A DNA stretch of 60,766 nucleotides from an uncultured Clostridia bacterium (GCA_947649285.1 CANSRB010000001.1:1-60766); one strand, 5' to 3'. Shown: positions 1 to 9,532, numbered from the stretch's first letter. Program-made: numbers and translations. Notes: generated from the letters alone by a model not told the origin.

Positions 1-1
1 T

Positions 2-1240
2 AAGACCCTGCAGGACGAAGTCAACCAGCTGAACGAGGAAATCGACCGCATTTCCGAGTCTGCAAACTTCAACGGCATGAAGCTGCTCGATGGTTCCATG
101 GGCGGCGGCGCATCGAGCGGCAGCACTGGCGGGATTACCACCGATCTGACCACCACTGCAGTTGACGCTACAGCTGGTAAATACGTTTCGGCAGCTACCG
201 GTTTAACCGCTCCTACCGCAAACAAAGATAAGGTATCCTTTACGGTTTCCTTGGATAACGGCAACTCCTACACCTACGAGTTTACGGTTAAGGACGCTGC
301 GAATAAGGTAGTTGTTGGGCCTGATGGGAAAGAAAGCACACTTTCCGGCTTGACCGAGGCTGATTTCGCTGCTGAAGTTCAGAAAGCGCTTACTGAAGAC
401 CTGAAAGGCCAGTTTAAAGTTACACAGGCTGCTGGCGCTTTCACCTTTGACGCAGTAGAGCCAGGTACCGCTGCTCCGGCTGTTACCGGTATTTCTTCGA
501 CCGTTACGGTTGCTGCGACCGGCGCTCAGACCACGAAAGCCGGTGCGCTGACTGTAACTGCCGCTAAAGATGACTCGACTGAGATTGCTTCATCCGCTAT
601 CACAGCGTATGACGGCACGAACTTTGACGATGCAGTATTTGAAATCAACGGCAAAAAATTTGTCGTTGCAGCAGATAGCGTAGACGTTTCTTCTTTGGAT
701 AAGGATATCAATGTTCTCACTGGCGCCGCTGTAAACGCAAAAGTTGCTCAGCAGCTCTCCCAGGTATTGGGGACCGAAGTTAAGTTCGATACCAATAAGC
801 TGGTCTTCGCAGGCGCTCCCGGTGCTGCTGGCGGTTCGACAGGCGGCCTGGTTCTCCAGATCGGTGATACCGATGAAGATTACCAGCAGCTGAATGTGTC
901 CATCGACAGCATGAGCGCGACTTCCTTGGGCGTTGCTTCGGTTGACATTTCCTCGCTGAAAGGCGCACAGGGTGCAATCAACACCATCCGCAGCGCGATC
1001 GACAAGGTTTCCGCACAGCGCGCAAGCCTTGGTGCAATCCAGAACCGTCTGGATTACACCATCAACAACCTCGACACCACCGTCGAGAACCTGAACGCTT
1101 CCAACAGCCGTATCCGCGACACCGATATGGCCAAGGAAATGATGGAATACACCAAGATGAACGTTCTGGTTCAGTCTGCACAGGCTATGCTTGCTCAGGC
1201 AAACCAGCAGCCGCAGTCGGTTCTCCAGCTCCTGCAATAA
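2..1240 (+). CDS. fliC: Flagellin (5' part lies before the window)
   Basis: Frame open from base 2 (KTLQDEVNQLNEEIDRISESANFNGMKLLDG); C-terminal flagellin motifs QRASLGAIQNRL, SRIRDTDMAKEM, QANQQPQSVLQLL. Confidence 0.97.
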   Translation, partial: KTLQDEVNQLNEEIDRISESANFNGMKLLDGSMGGGASSGSTGGITTDLTTTAVDATAGKYVSAATGLTAPTANKDKVSFTVSLDNGNSYTYEFTVKDAANKVVVGPDGKESTLSGLTEADFAAEVQKALTEDLKGQFKVTQAAGAFTFDAVEPGTAAPAVTGISSTVTVAATGAQTTKAGALTVTAAKDDSTEIASSAITAYDGTNFDDAVFEINGKKFVVAADSVDVSSLDKDINVLTGAAVNAKVAQQLSQVLGTEVKFDTNKLVFAGAPGAAGGSTGGLVLQIGDTDEDYQQLNVSIDSMSATSLGVASVDISSLKGAQGAINTIRSAIDKVSAQRASLGAIQNRLDYTINNLDTTVENLNASNSRIRDTDMAKEMMEYTKMNVLVQSAQAMLAQANQQPQSVLQLLQ

Positions 1241-1274
1241 TCCGGAGTTCACGGATTCCAAGCATAAAGCGAAT

Positions 1275-1305
1275 AAAAGCCGTCCCATTTGGGACGGCTT
1301 TTTTG
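1275..1305 (+). terminator. Rho-independent terminator of flagellin
   Basis: AAAAGCCGTCCCA-TT-TGGGACGGCTTTTTT hairpin plus T-run. Confidence 0.85.
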
Positions 1306-1318
1306 ATGCGGGAAGGGG

Positions 1319-1347
1319 TTGACATTCCCGTAGATTGGGGATATACT
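1319..1347 (+). promoter_or_regulatory. Sigma-70/A promoter of a putative antitoxin sRNA
   Basis: TTGACA(1319-24)-17 bp-TATACT(1342-47); no + strand ORF downstream before a terminator. Confidence 0.8.
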
Positions 1348-1353
1348 GAAATA

Positions 1354-1441
1354 AGGAAGGTACTGCCGATACAAACGGTTAGTCCCCTGTTGCGTTGAAG
1401 TAACCGCAAGCTTGGAAAACTGGTGCGGTTACTTCTTTTTT
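1354..1441 (+). ncRNA. Putative type I antitoxin sRNA (~90 nt)
   Basis: Consensus promoter upstream; ends in GAAGTAACCGCA...TGCGGTTACTTC hairpin plus T-run that overlaps the 3' end of the convergent small ORF. Confidence 0.65.
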
Positions 1442-1524
1442 ATGTCTTTATAAACCTGATAGAACAGGCTCAGAAGACTTACGGTTAGCAGGCCGATCTG
1501 AATCAGGTCGGAATATATAACCAT
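1429..1524 (-). CDS. 31-aa hydrophobic peptide, putative holin-like type I toxin (MVIYSDLIQIGLLTVSLLSLFYQVYKDIKKK)
   Basis: Translated by hand; RBS GGAAGGGGGG upstream; one hydrophobic helix plus basic tail; convergent antisense RNA. Confidence 0.8.
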   Translation of the reverse strand: MVIYSDLIQIGLLTVSLLSLFYQVYKDIKKK

Positions 1525-1633
1525 AAACATCCCCCCTTCCATCATGGGATTTCAGGGGGGCAAGAAGCTCCCCTGGTTAAAGAGGGGACGAACCGCTTGC
1601 CGTTTATTGGCAGTACCGATTATAATGCAGCAC

Positions 1634-1680
1634 AAATCAGGGCGGATTACAAGGAAATCCGCCCTGATTTGCGTTTTTTC
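1634..1680. terminator. Hairpin/terminator between the ComFB gene and the toxin leader
   Basis: AAATCAGGGCGGATT...AATCCGCCCTGATTT inverted repeat. Confidence 0.6.
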
Positions 1681-1694
1681 CGCAGAAAAAGCCC

Positions 1695-2147
1695 CTAATG
1701 CCGGGGCTTGGAACGGATCGAAAGCACCGCCTGGATCAGCGCGGCGGTAATGTCCTTGTCGGGCACCTCGTCGGCCATCCGCTGAAGCTGGCTGGGAGTT
1801 CCGACGACATACCGTGCAGGCAGCTTGCTGAGCGCGAGCGCGGCGGCGTCTTTTTTGCACCGGTCGCATTTACAGCAGTTGAATTTGGAGAACACCTGGT
1901 CCAACTTGAGGAGCACCAGGTTTTCCATCAGGTTGACAAGATGGGTGCCGTCCCGGTCGAAGTCTGCAAACAGGTTTTGCTGGGGGAAGAGCCGGGTCCG
2001 CAGCTGGGAAAGCGGGTTTTCCTCTTCCTTGGGTTCGGCAACGATAGGGGCAGGCGGAAGCTCGGCGGGTTCCTCCCCCCGGCCGGCCGAGGGCATGATT
2101 TTGCTGTACATCAGGTCTTTATCGAATTCTTTTTTTGACTTTGCCAA
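1695..2147 (-). CDS. ComFB-family protein with N-terminal extension
   Basis: LVNLME...CCKCDRCKKDAAALALSKLPARYVV and C-terminal PRH typical of ComFB; TTG start after GGAGG. Confidence 0.85.
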   Translation of the reverse strand: MAKSKKEFDKDLMYSKIMPSAGRGEEPAELPPAPIVAEPKEEENPLSQLRTRLFPQQNLFADFDRDGTHLVNLMENLVLLKLDQVFSKFNCCKCDRCKKDAAALALSKLPARYVVGTPSQLQRMADEVPDKDITAALIQAVLSIRSKPRH

Positions 2148-2162
2148 GAACAAAACCTCCTG

Positions 2163-2924
2163 TTATAGCCCGCGCCGCAGCAGTTCGTCTGCCAGGGCAA
2201 GATAATCCAGTACGGCGTTATTTTTGGGGGCGTAATCAAGGATATCCTCCTGAAGGGTCTGAGCCTGCGCCAAAACGACACTGCGGCGGATGGTTGTCTT
2301 CATAAAAGGGATATGGTAATCCCGCGCGATCATCTGGGCGGCGCCTTTGGTCTGTTTGCAAAGATTCTGCATCGCGTTGTACTGGACGAGGAACGCACCC
2401 CCGACGGTGAGCTTGGGGTTGCAGCTTTTACGGACGCGGTCGATCGTGTCACCGATCCGGGCAATGCCCTGAAGGCTGTAGATATCGGGAAGCAGCGGGA
2501 TGAGCAATGAATCCGACGCGGCAAAGGCGTTGACGGTGAGGGCGCCAAGCCCGGGCGGGGAGTCAATGAAGATGTAATCATAAAGATCCAGGATGGATTT
2601 CAGCGCGTCCCGCAGGAGGAATTCACGGCCTTTCCCGGTGAACTCCACCTCGATCCCGCTGAGCAGGATATTGGCGGGGATGATATCGCCGATGGGGGTA
2701 TGCTGGATGGAAAATTGGGCGCTGATTTCTTTTTTGAGGGTATTATAAATGGTGGCGGACATTTCGGCGTCCGCCTGGAAGCCGAACGAAAGGTTGCCCT
2801 GCGGGTCGAAATCGACGCAGAGCACCTTGAAGCCTTTTCTTCGGAAAACCGAGGCGAGCGCGTTGACGGTAGTGGTTTTGCCTACGCCGCCTTTTTGATT
2901 GGAAACGGTGATCACCTTCGCCAA
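2163..2924 (-). CDS. ParA/Soj-family ATPase (orphan, no parB)
   Basis: Deviant Walker A KGGVGKTT, DFDPQGN, IDSPP; TTG start after GGAGGA. Confidence 0.92.
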   Translation of the reverse strand: MAKVITVSNQKGGVGKTTTVNALASVFRRKGFKVLCVDFDPQGNLSFGFQADAEMSATIYNTLKKEISAQFSIQHTPIGDIIPANILLSGIEVEFTGKGREFLLRDALKSILDLYDYIFIDSPPGLGALTVNAFAASDSLLIPLLPDIYSLQGIARIGDTIDRVRKSCNPKLTVGGAFLVQYNAMQNLCKQTKGAAQMIARDYHIPFMKTTIRRSVVLAQAQTLQEDILDYAPKNNAVLDYLALADELLRRGL

Positions 2925-3074
2925 GAAAAACACTTCCTCCAGGTTATTGTGGGTTGTAAGAGAGGAACCGGCCATGTTTGGAACCAGCCGGCTTGAAAAA
3001 CCGTTGACAAGTATCATTATAAACAATAATCCGTCAAAAGACAATGTGCAAAGAAAGAATTTTCGCGGAGAGTG

Positions 3075-3101
3075 TTTAGATTTTTAAGAACAGGACGATA
3101 T
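3075..3101 (+). promoter_or_regulatory. Putative sigma-28 (FliA/SigD) promoter of flgM operon
   Basis: TTTA-N15-GACGATAT resembles TAAA-N15-GCCGATAT. Confidence 0.55.
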
Positions 3102-3168
3102 TTATATTAGACAAATCACGTACAAGTGTGGGATTTTCGGCAGAAAGTCCAGGATTGGAGAGGTTCCT

Positions 3169-3477
3169 ATGAAGATCAACGCAGTATCCGCCTATGGCGC
3201 ATATCAAACTCCGTCCACCGTTCGGGTCTCGGGGGCAAAGCGTTTGCCGGGGAAAAGTGCAGAGCCGGCATATAAAACGGACCGGATCTCCTTTAGCCGT
3301 GAAGCTGCCGGCCAAAAAGAATTAGAAGATATTTCTAAAGCGGTGGTCCGTGAATCGGCCAAAGGGGCGGATCCCGCCCGCTTGGAGCGGCTGAAAACCG
3401 CTGTTGCGGACCGGAGCTATCATATTCCAAACGGCGCGCTGGCCGACGCGATCCTGAACCGGGCATTTTTGCGCTGA
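3169..3477 (+). CDS. flgM: Anti-sigma-28 factor FlgM
   Basis: D-x-I-S-F-S motif, RLERLKTAVADRSYHI...LADAIL; first gene before flgN-flgK. Confidence 0.85.
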   Translation: MKINAVSAYGAYQTPSTVRVSGAKRLPGKSAEPAYKTDRISFSREAAGQKELEDISKAVVRESAKGADPARLERLKTAVADRSYHIPNGALADAILNRAFLR

Positions 3478-3493
3478 GAAAAAGGAGGCCGGG

Positions 3494-3970
3494 ATGGAAT
3501 ACAGGAAAAAGGAATTGGATGACCTGATGCGCTTTATGGAAGAATACACCCTGTTCTTTGAACAGCTTGCCGCGCAGGAAGCCGACAAACGGGAAGCGCT
3601 GGTGTCCAATAAAATGCCCCAGCTGGAGCGCTGCCTTTCTCAGCAGCAGGCTGCTGTCATGCAGATGGGGAACCTGGAAAAGGAACGGGAAGCGCTTCTG
3701 GCCAAGGCTGGGCTTTCCGGGAAAACCTTCCGCGAGATTGCGGGGGGCTTGGAAGGGGAAGAACGCAGTGCCTGCGAAGCGGTTTTTAACCGGATGGAGC
3801 AGGCGGTCCAGAGCATTAAATTCAGCAACGAAAAATCCATGGCAATTGCACAGGATAAGCTCCGGATTCTGGCAGAAATCCTGCCGGAAGCAAAAAAACG
3901 GGAAAGCTACACGCCTTACGGCAGAAAAGGTCCGGATGCAGGCCGCCGGGTGTTTGAATCAAAAATATAG
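3494..3970 (+). CDS. flgN: Flagellar export chaperone FlgN
   Basis: Helical 158 aa between flgM and flgK. Confidence 0.8.
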   Translation: MEYRKKELDDLMRFMEEYTLFFEQLAAQEADKREALVSNKMPQLERCLSQQQAAVMQMGNLEKEREALLAKAGLSGKTFREIAGGLEGEERSACEAVFNRMEQAVQSIKFSNEKSMAIAQDKLRILAEILPEAKKRESYTPYGRKGPDAGRRVFESKI

Positions 3971-3989
3971 ACAGAAGGAGTGAAGGCTT

Positions 3990-5564
3990 ATGCGTCCAAC
4001 TTTTTTAGGCTTTGAAACTTGTAAACGGGGTCTGGCTACGAACCAGAAGGTACTCGATATTGTCGGCCAGAACCTGACTAACTGGGATACGCCCGGTTAT
4101 ACCCGCCAGCGGATTGATATTGTTTCGGTATCGCTAAATTCCTCTGCCAGCCGGTATGCTGTCCAGCGGACAGATCTCGCCGGGCAGGGTGTTGATATGG
4201 CGGGGGTCTCCCAAATCCGCGACCCCTATCTGGACCGCCGCTTCCGCGCGGAATATGGCGACGCGTCCTATCAGTCGCAGGCGAACACCATCCTCGGGGA
4301 TCTAGAGGCCGCGCTGCGCGAGGACGGCCTGAACGGAACCGACGGCGGCGGTATTCAGGTGGCGCTCAGCGACCTGTTCTCCGCTTGCTCCAAATATGCG
4401 GAAAATCCCGCAGATGAAGCGCTGGCAAACCTGGTAGGCGTAGCGGCGAAAAACGTGACCCAGACGCTCCGTGAGCTCAGCAGCAAGCTGGACGGTGTGG
4501 AAGAGCAAACCAAATATGACATGGAGATCTCGGTCAAGGATTATAACGACAAGCTCCAGAAGCTGGCACAGCTGAACAAGGCTATCCGGGACGATGTCGC
4601 GGCAACCGCCCGCAATGAATACTACGGCCCGAACGAGCTGCTCGACCAGCGGAACCTTCTGCTTGACGAGCTTTCCAGTTATACGGATACCGATATTAAG
4701 GAAGAAAAAGACGGCACCGTTACCGTAAAGGTAAACGGACATACCGTTTTAGCCGGTGAAAAAGCGGATGAAATCAACCTCCGCGAAAACAATGACGGAA
4801 CCGTTACCATGAGCTGGAACTCCACCGGCAAGGAGATGAATTCGACCACCGGCTCGCTGAAAGCTTATGGGGATTTCGTCAACGGCGCCGGCCCGAATAT
4901 GAGCAGCAAGGGTGAAACGCTGGAGCGGGGGATCCGGTACTACCGTGGGAAGTTGGATACCCTGGCTCGTACCTTCGCCACCGCGATGAACCAGGTAGTT
5001 CCCTCCCAGGTGGATGCCCAGGGCAACCCGGTGCGGAACCCGGACGGCAGCATTGCAGGCTATAAAGTGCTGTTTGGCGCGCGCGTCCCGAAAGAGGGGG
5101 CTCCCGGCGAATATACAACCACGATTGATTTCCCGATTGATGCGTCGAATATTGCCATCAGTGACGACTGGGTATCGGATCCTACTTTCGTAATGTTCCA
5201 GAAGGGCAACGGCGATCCGACCTACGCATTTGATATGCGCAACCTTCTCAGCGGGGAGGACGCAAGCATTGACTTTATTTCCAACGGGGAAAAGTTTACC
5301 GGCTCCTTCCAAAGCTATGTCAATGATTACTGCAACACCCTTGCGGCGGACGTCAACTACTATACCAGCCGCGCCAAGGCGACGGCAACTATTGCAGACG
5401 AAATGCTGGACCGCCGGGATGAGGTTTCCGCTGTCAACCAGGATGAGGAAACCCAATCCATGATGATTTACAATAAAGCGTATCAGGCGATTTCCCGTGT
5501 GTTGACTACCATGGATGAGGCGCTGGATGTGCTGATCAACAGAACTGGTATGGTTGGCCGCTAA
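3990..5564 (+). CDS. flgK: Hook-associated protein FlgK
   Basis: GQNLTNWDTPGYTRQR, LLDQRNLLLDELS, VSAVNQDEE motifs. Confidence 0.95.
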   Translation: MRPTFLGFETCKRGLATNQKVLDIVGQNLTNWDTPGYTRQRIDIVSVSLNSSASRYAVQRTDLAGQGVDMAGVSQIRDPYLDRRFRAEYGDASYQSQANTILGDLEAALREDGLNGTDGGGIQVALSDLFSACSKYAENPADEALANLVGVAAKNVTQTLRELSSKLDGVEEQTKYDMEISVKDYNDKLQKLAQLNKAIRDDVAATARNEYYGPNELLDQRNLLLDELSSYTDTDIKEEKDGTVTVKVNGHTVLAGEKADEINLRENNDGTVTMSWNSTGKEMNSTTGSLKAYGDFVNGAGPNMSSKGETLERGIRYYRGKLDTLARTFATAMNQVVPSQVDAQGNPVRNPDGSIAGYKVLFGARVPKEGAPGEYTTTIDFPIDASNIAISDDWVSDPTFVMFQKGNGDPTYAFDMRNLLSGEDASIDFISNGEKFTGSFQSYVNDYCNTLAADVNYYTSRAKATATIADEMLDRRDEVSAVNQDEETQSMMIYNKAYQAISRVLTTMDEALDVLINRTGMVGR

Positions 5565-5616
5565 TCGGCCCGCAAGCAGCTGAACACGGAAGTCAGTTAA
5601 AGAGAGGTTATCAAGT

Positions 5617-6651
5617 ATGAGAGTGACAACCCGTTCAATGTCCAGAAATTATCTGAAGACATTAAACAACAATTTAGGGAAAAGATCAGAGTCCATGCGC
5701 CGGATGACGACTAAAATGAAATATGAAAACCTGTCCGAAAATGTAGCGGACGGATACCGTGCCATCCGGGCAGACCAGCGTATTTTCAAAATCGAGTCCC
5801 AGCTGTCCGGTATTGAAAATGCGATGGGCGAATTGGAAACCGCCGATCAGGTGCTCCAGGATGTCCTGGAAGTGATGACCGACTTGGCGCAGGGCGATAT
5901 CGAGCGGGCCGCGAATATCGGCGAGCCGGAAAAACGCCAGACTGTCGCCAACAACATTAAGATTATCAAGGATCAGATCCTCCAGTTTGCCAACGGGAAA
6001 TACGGGGATAAATACCTGTTCAGCGGCACCAATAATGGGTCGGCGCCGTTTACCGTGGATAAAGACGGGCAGATCTGCTATAACAGTATCCCGGTAAAGG
6101 ATATCCAAAAGGATGCGGACGGCTATTTCCGCGAGGATGTCAATACCGGCGAACGAATTCCGATCCCGTGGGATAAGGACGTTTATCTGGATATCGGGCA
6201 GGGGGTTAAGGTAGAGGAAAGCCATATTGACACCGCGACCGCTTTCAAAATTTCCTTCTCCGGGCTGGAGATCCTGGGTATGGGCGAAACGGATGGAATG
6301 CCCAACAATATCTACGATTTGCTGAGCGATATTGAAGACGCCCTGCGTGCAGAGCCTTACGGCACCGAAGAACAGAAGGAAGTGATGCGGCTGCACGACC
6401 AGTTCATGGAACGCCACAGCGCGCTGCTGATGAGCGAAACCGATTTGGGAAGCCGGGTGAACTTCCTGGAGCGGACGACGGACCGCCTGAAATCGGAAGT
6501 AGATACGCTGGAATCCGTAAAGAAAAACCTGGTTGCGACCGATATGGAAGAGGAAAGCGTCGCATTGCAGGAGCATGAAGCGGTTTGGAAAGCCACACTT
6601 GCCTTGGGCGCAAACCTGTTTCAACAGTCTTTGATTGATTTCCTGCGGTAA
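5617..6651 (+). CDS. flgL: Hook-associated protein FlgL
   Basis: MRVT start, KYLFSG, C-terminal QSLIDFLR; follows flgK. Confidence 0.9.
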   Translation: MRVTTRSMSRNYLKTLNNNLGKRSESMRRMTTKMKYENLSENVADGYRAIRADQRIFKIESQLSGIENAMGELETADQVLQDVLEVMTDLAQGDIERAANIGEPEKRQTVANNIKIIKDQILQFANGKYGDKYLFSGTNNGSAPFTVDKDGQICYNSIPVKDIQKDADGYFREDVNTGERIPIPWDKDVYLDIGQGVKVEESHIDTATAFKISFSGLEILGMGETDGMPNNIYDLLSDIEDALRAEPYGTEEQKEVMRLHDQFMERHSALLMSETDLGSRVNFLERTTDRLKSEVDTLESVKKNLVATDMEEESVALQEHEAVWKATLALGANLFQQSLIDFLR

Positions 6652-6684
6652 TTTGAGTATTTTTTGAGTAAGGAGGGTGCTAGG

Positions 6685-7278
6685 ATGCAACAGCTGCTGA
6701 AAATTACAAGTACTCCAATTGAGATCCGCTATAAAATAGAGCCTTCGCGTTTGGAGTTTAAACAAGCCGATAACGCCCGCTCCGAAGTTACTCAGAGCAG
6801 AGCGAAAATCAATATGGAGTCGAAAAATATTGAAGTGCGGCTGGATACCATGGATATGCGCCGGAGCCTCGGCTTCCGGACCAGTATGGACCGTGCAAAG
6901 GAAGGGGCTCAGCTGGGCCAGGAGAATCTGCAGCAATACTGTTCCAGTAAAAACCAGTTCGCAAAACAGGTCAGCCATATCGAAAACGGTGTGACGATCG
7001 GGCAGGTCGTCCGCCAGAAAATGATGGAACAGCCGGAATCCTATACGGCGTTCCTGCCTTCCACTGGTCCGAATATCAGCTGGCTGCCAAACCAGCTGAA
7101 TAAAAATTATCAGGCCGGTGAGTTGAGTTTTGACTGGCAGACAGCGCGCAATGTATTTGAGTATGTACCGGGACGTTTCCATATGGAAGTCTTGCAATAT
7201 CCCAAGGTGCAGATTGAATATCTCGGAGAGCCGAATTATGTGCCGAAGAGCGCGGATCCGAATTATGCAGGCGAATAA
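6685..7278 (+). CDS. DUF6470/YviE-like flagellar-cluster protein
   Basis: Position between flgL and fliW; C-terminal QYPKVQIEYLGEPNYVP typical. Confidence 0.7.
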   Translation: MQQLLKITSTPIEIRYKIEPSRLEFKQADNARSEVTQSRAKINMESKNIEVRLDTMDMRRSLGFRTSMDRAKEGAQLGQENLQQYCSSKNQFAKQVSHIENGVTIGQVVRQKMMEQPESYTAFLPSTGPNISWLPNQLNKNYQAGELSFDWQTARNVFEYVPGRFHMEVLQYPKVQIEYLGEPNYVPKSADPNYAGE

Positions 7279-7405
7279 AAGACCGGTTCGGATGGATCCC
7301 CGCTGACGGCCAGAAAAAGCGAAAGCAGCTATGGGACCCATGGCTGCTTTTTTCTATCATCAAGGCGCTCAAAAGAACAAATAGAGAAAGATGGAGGAGA
7401 GTTTC

Positions 7406-7843
7406 ATGCTTATTGAAACCAGGGATTTTGGACAGGTGGAGATCGGGGAACAGGACGCAATCCATTTCTGTCAGCCTATTTTTGGATTTGAAAATCTGCG
7501 GGAGTATGTGGTGCTGTTTGACGATGAAATCAGCGAAAGTTTTGTATGGCTGCAATCGCTGGAGGATCCGAACGTCTGCTTTATGATGGTGGATCCTGCG
7601 GTTGTGGATGCGGATTATCATCCGGCGCTTCCCGTTGGAGCGGCTAAAGAGCTTGGCGGTGAGGAGGCAGTTTGCTGGTGTATCCTGACTGTCCCGGGAA
7701 GTTTTGAACAGGCAACGGTCAACCTGAAAAGCCCGGTGATGATTCATCCGCAGCGCCGGACAGGGCTCCAGGTTATTTTAGACGGGGATTATCCGGTGCG
7801 CTACCCGCTGATGAAAAACAGGGAGGACACGGGCTCATGTTGA
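7406..7843 (+). CDS. fliW: Flagellar assembly factor FliW
   Basis: IETRDFG, WLQS, TVNLKSPV motifs; upstream of csrA. Confidence 0.92.
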   Translation: MLIETRDFGQVEIGEQDAIHFCQPIFGFENLREYVVLFDDEISESFVWLQSLEDPNVCFMMVDPAVVDADYHPALPVGAAKELGGEEAVCWCILTVPGSFEQATVNLKSPVMIHPQRRTGLQVILDGDYPVRYPLMKNREDTGSC

Positions 7844-8067
7844 TTTTAACACGGAAAAAGGGCGAGGCCTTTGTGATTAACGGGGATATCGAGCTGGTTA
7901 TTTCAGAAATTTCGGGCGATCAGGTTAAAATCGGTATTCAGGCCCCGGCCAGCTATAAGATCCTGCGCAAGGAATTGATCCAGACGATCGAATCCAACCG
8001 CCAGGCGGCCCATGCTCCAGCAGCTTCGGAGATGCGCAGCTTTATTGCAAAAATGAAAAAGGAATAG
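7837..8067 (+). CDS. csrA: Carbon storage regulator CsrA
   Basis: MLILTRKKGE...VKIGIQAP...ILRKEL. Confidence 0.95.
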   Translation: MLILTRKKGEAFVINGDIELVISEISGDQVKIGIQAPASYKILRKELIQTIESNRQAAHAPAASEMRSFIAKMKKE

Positions 8068-8113
8068 CCGGACATTGAAAAGCCGAAGCCCGCAATGACA
8101 GGCTCCGGCTTGG

Positions 8114-8788
8114 TCAGAACAGCTTGTTTTCTTTCTGGTGCAGCTCCGTGAGATGTTTTTCCCAGTTTTCCAGTACCTGTAAGGGCCATTTTTCAATCAG
8201 GCAGGAGTAGGTGCGGCCGCTGCTGCCGAATTGGAGAACCCGCTTGACCGCCAAGGGAAGCTGATATCCTTCCACCGGCTTTTCCATCGTCAAACAGAGG
8301 GTGCTTTGAGGAGGGAGCTCTACCGGTGAGGTAAACTCCAGCGCGTCCATGGCAACGAAATTCAGCGAAACAAGGAATTCCTGCGGGCCGGGAGGTGCGC
8401 TCCGCTTCCAGGGAAGCAGAGCACGGCGCGGAGGTTCAGCGGGAGGGAATGCAGTGACCTGCGCCGGGAAGTTGACAGGGAAAAGGTAAACCCGTTCAGA
8501 CCCGGGGAGCAGCTCGTCGGATACGGAGGTTAAGCGGAGAAGTTTCCGGGAGGAAAGGTATACTTCGCCCCGGAAAATATGGATTTCCTGTTCGCCGAAG
8601 GTGCGGACGATGGTCAGCGGCGTCCCCATTTTGAACAGCGGGACAAAATCGCCGACAAAATCGACCGAGTCCTGTTCCGCTGAAATGGAAGCCTGTCCGA
8701 ATTCCAGCAGCTTGCCTTCCTCGGAGAGCAGCCGGGCTGGGAACAGCACTCGCCGTTTATTCGCGTAAATATAAACTTTATCCCTCAC
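8114..8788 (-). CDS. Hypothetical protein, possibly degenerate PilZ-like
   Basis: GTG start after GGGAGG; beta-rich two-domain layout; canonical RxxxR/DxSxxG not present. Confidence 0.45.
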   Translation of the reverse strand: MRDKVYIYANKRRVLFPARLLSEEGKLLEFGQASISAEQDSVDFVGDFVPLFKMGTPLTIVRTFGEQEIHIFRGEVYLSSRKLLRLTSVSDELLPGSERVYLFPVNFPAQVTAFPPAEPPRRALLPWKRSAPPGPQEFLVSLNFVAMDALEFTSPVELPPQSTLCLTMEKPVEGYQLPLAVKRVLQFGSSGRTYSCLIEKWPLQVLENWEKHLTELHQKENKLF

Positions 8789-8996
8789 AGGAAAGCCTCC
8801 CCAGAATGCCTTATGCGGCGTGTTTTCTTTAATCATAATATAAAACGGCGGTTTTGTATAGGGGAATCTGTCAGAATTTCTTTTGGCTGTCTGTTTTTAT
8901 CTTTCTTTTAGATTTAAGGAGGAGCGGATGACCGATCCATATGCGGACACAAAGTCTGAACATTTATTTAGATGAGCAGCATTAGGAGGTGCAGTA

Positions 8997-9494
8997 ATGA
9001 AATCAACGCAGGAAATGGCCCAGGCTGTCTGCGGATGGCTGGAAAAAAAACGGGAGCTTTTCCTTCAGTATGAACAGGCAACCTATGCCATTACAGCCGG
9101 TACACAGGAGGAAATCGGCGGGCATATGGAAAAGCGTGAGGAGCTTCAAAAGCAGATCCAGGAAACTGACGCCCAGATTCTGGCCGTTACCGGAGGGGAT
9201 CAGCCGGATGAGGGGCAGCAGCTGTTGCGCAGGGCTGCCGGCGGCCAGGCCGGATATGAAGAATTAGCTCCGGAATTACAGCCGGTTCAGACAGCCGCAG
9301 CGGAGATCCGGGCGGTGATGTACCGTATCCGTGAAATGGAGCCGCTCGTGCTGGAGAGGCTGGAAACGGAGCGGAAGGACCTGCTTCAAAAAATCAAAAA
9401 TGTCAACCAGGGGAGCGGGGCGGCCGCTTCGAAGTATTACCAGAGCTCGATGAACCGTAAACCGCCTGCACGGCCTGGGTTCGCGAAAATTTAG
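8997..9494 (+). CDS. FlgN/FliT-like helical flagellar chaperone
   Basis: AGGAGG RBS, coiled-coil, directly upstream of fliD. Confidence 0.55.
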   Translation: MKSTQEMAQAVCGWLEKKRELFLQYEQATYAITAGTQEEIGGHMEKREELQKQIQETDAQILAVTGGDQPDEGQQLLRRAAGGQAGYEELAPELQPVQTAAAEIRAVMYRIREMEPLVLERLETERKDLLQKIKNVNQGSGAAASKYYQSSMNRKPPARPGFAKI

Positions 9495-9532
9495 CTTTTT
9501 CGGAAAAAAAGCGCCCTTGACGCAATCAGCCC

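Noticed and set aside
5686-7341. Long antisense ORFs (also 26707-28344, 9647-10897, 11513-12709, 23391-24485)
   Set aside because: Shadows of well-supported genes on the opposite strand in GC-rich DNA; no RBS or family motifs
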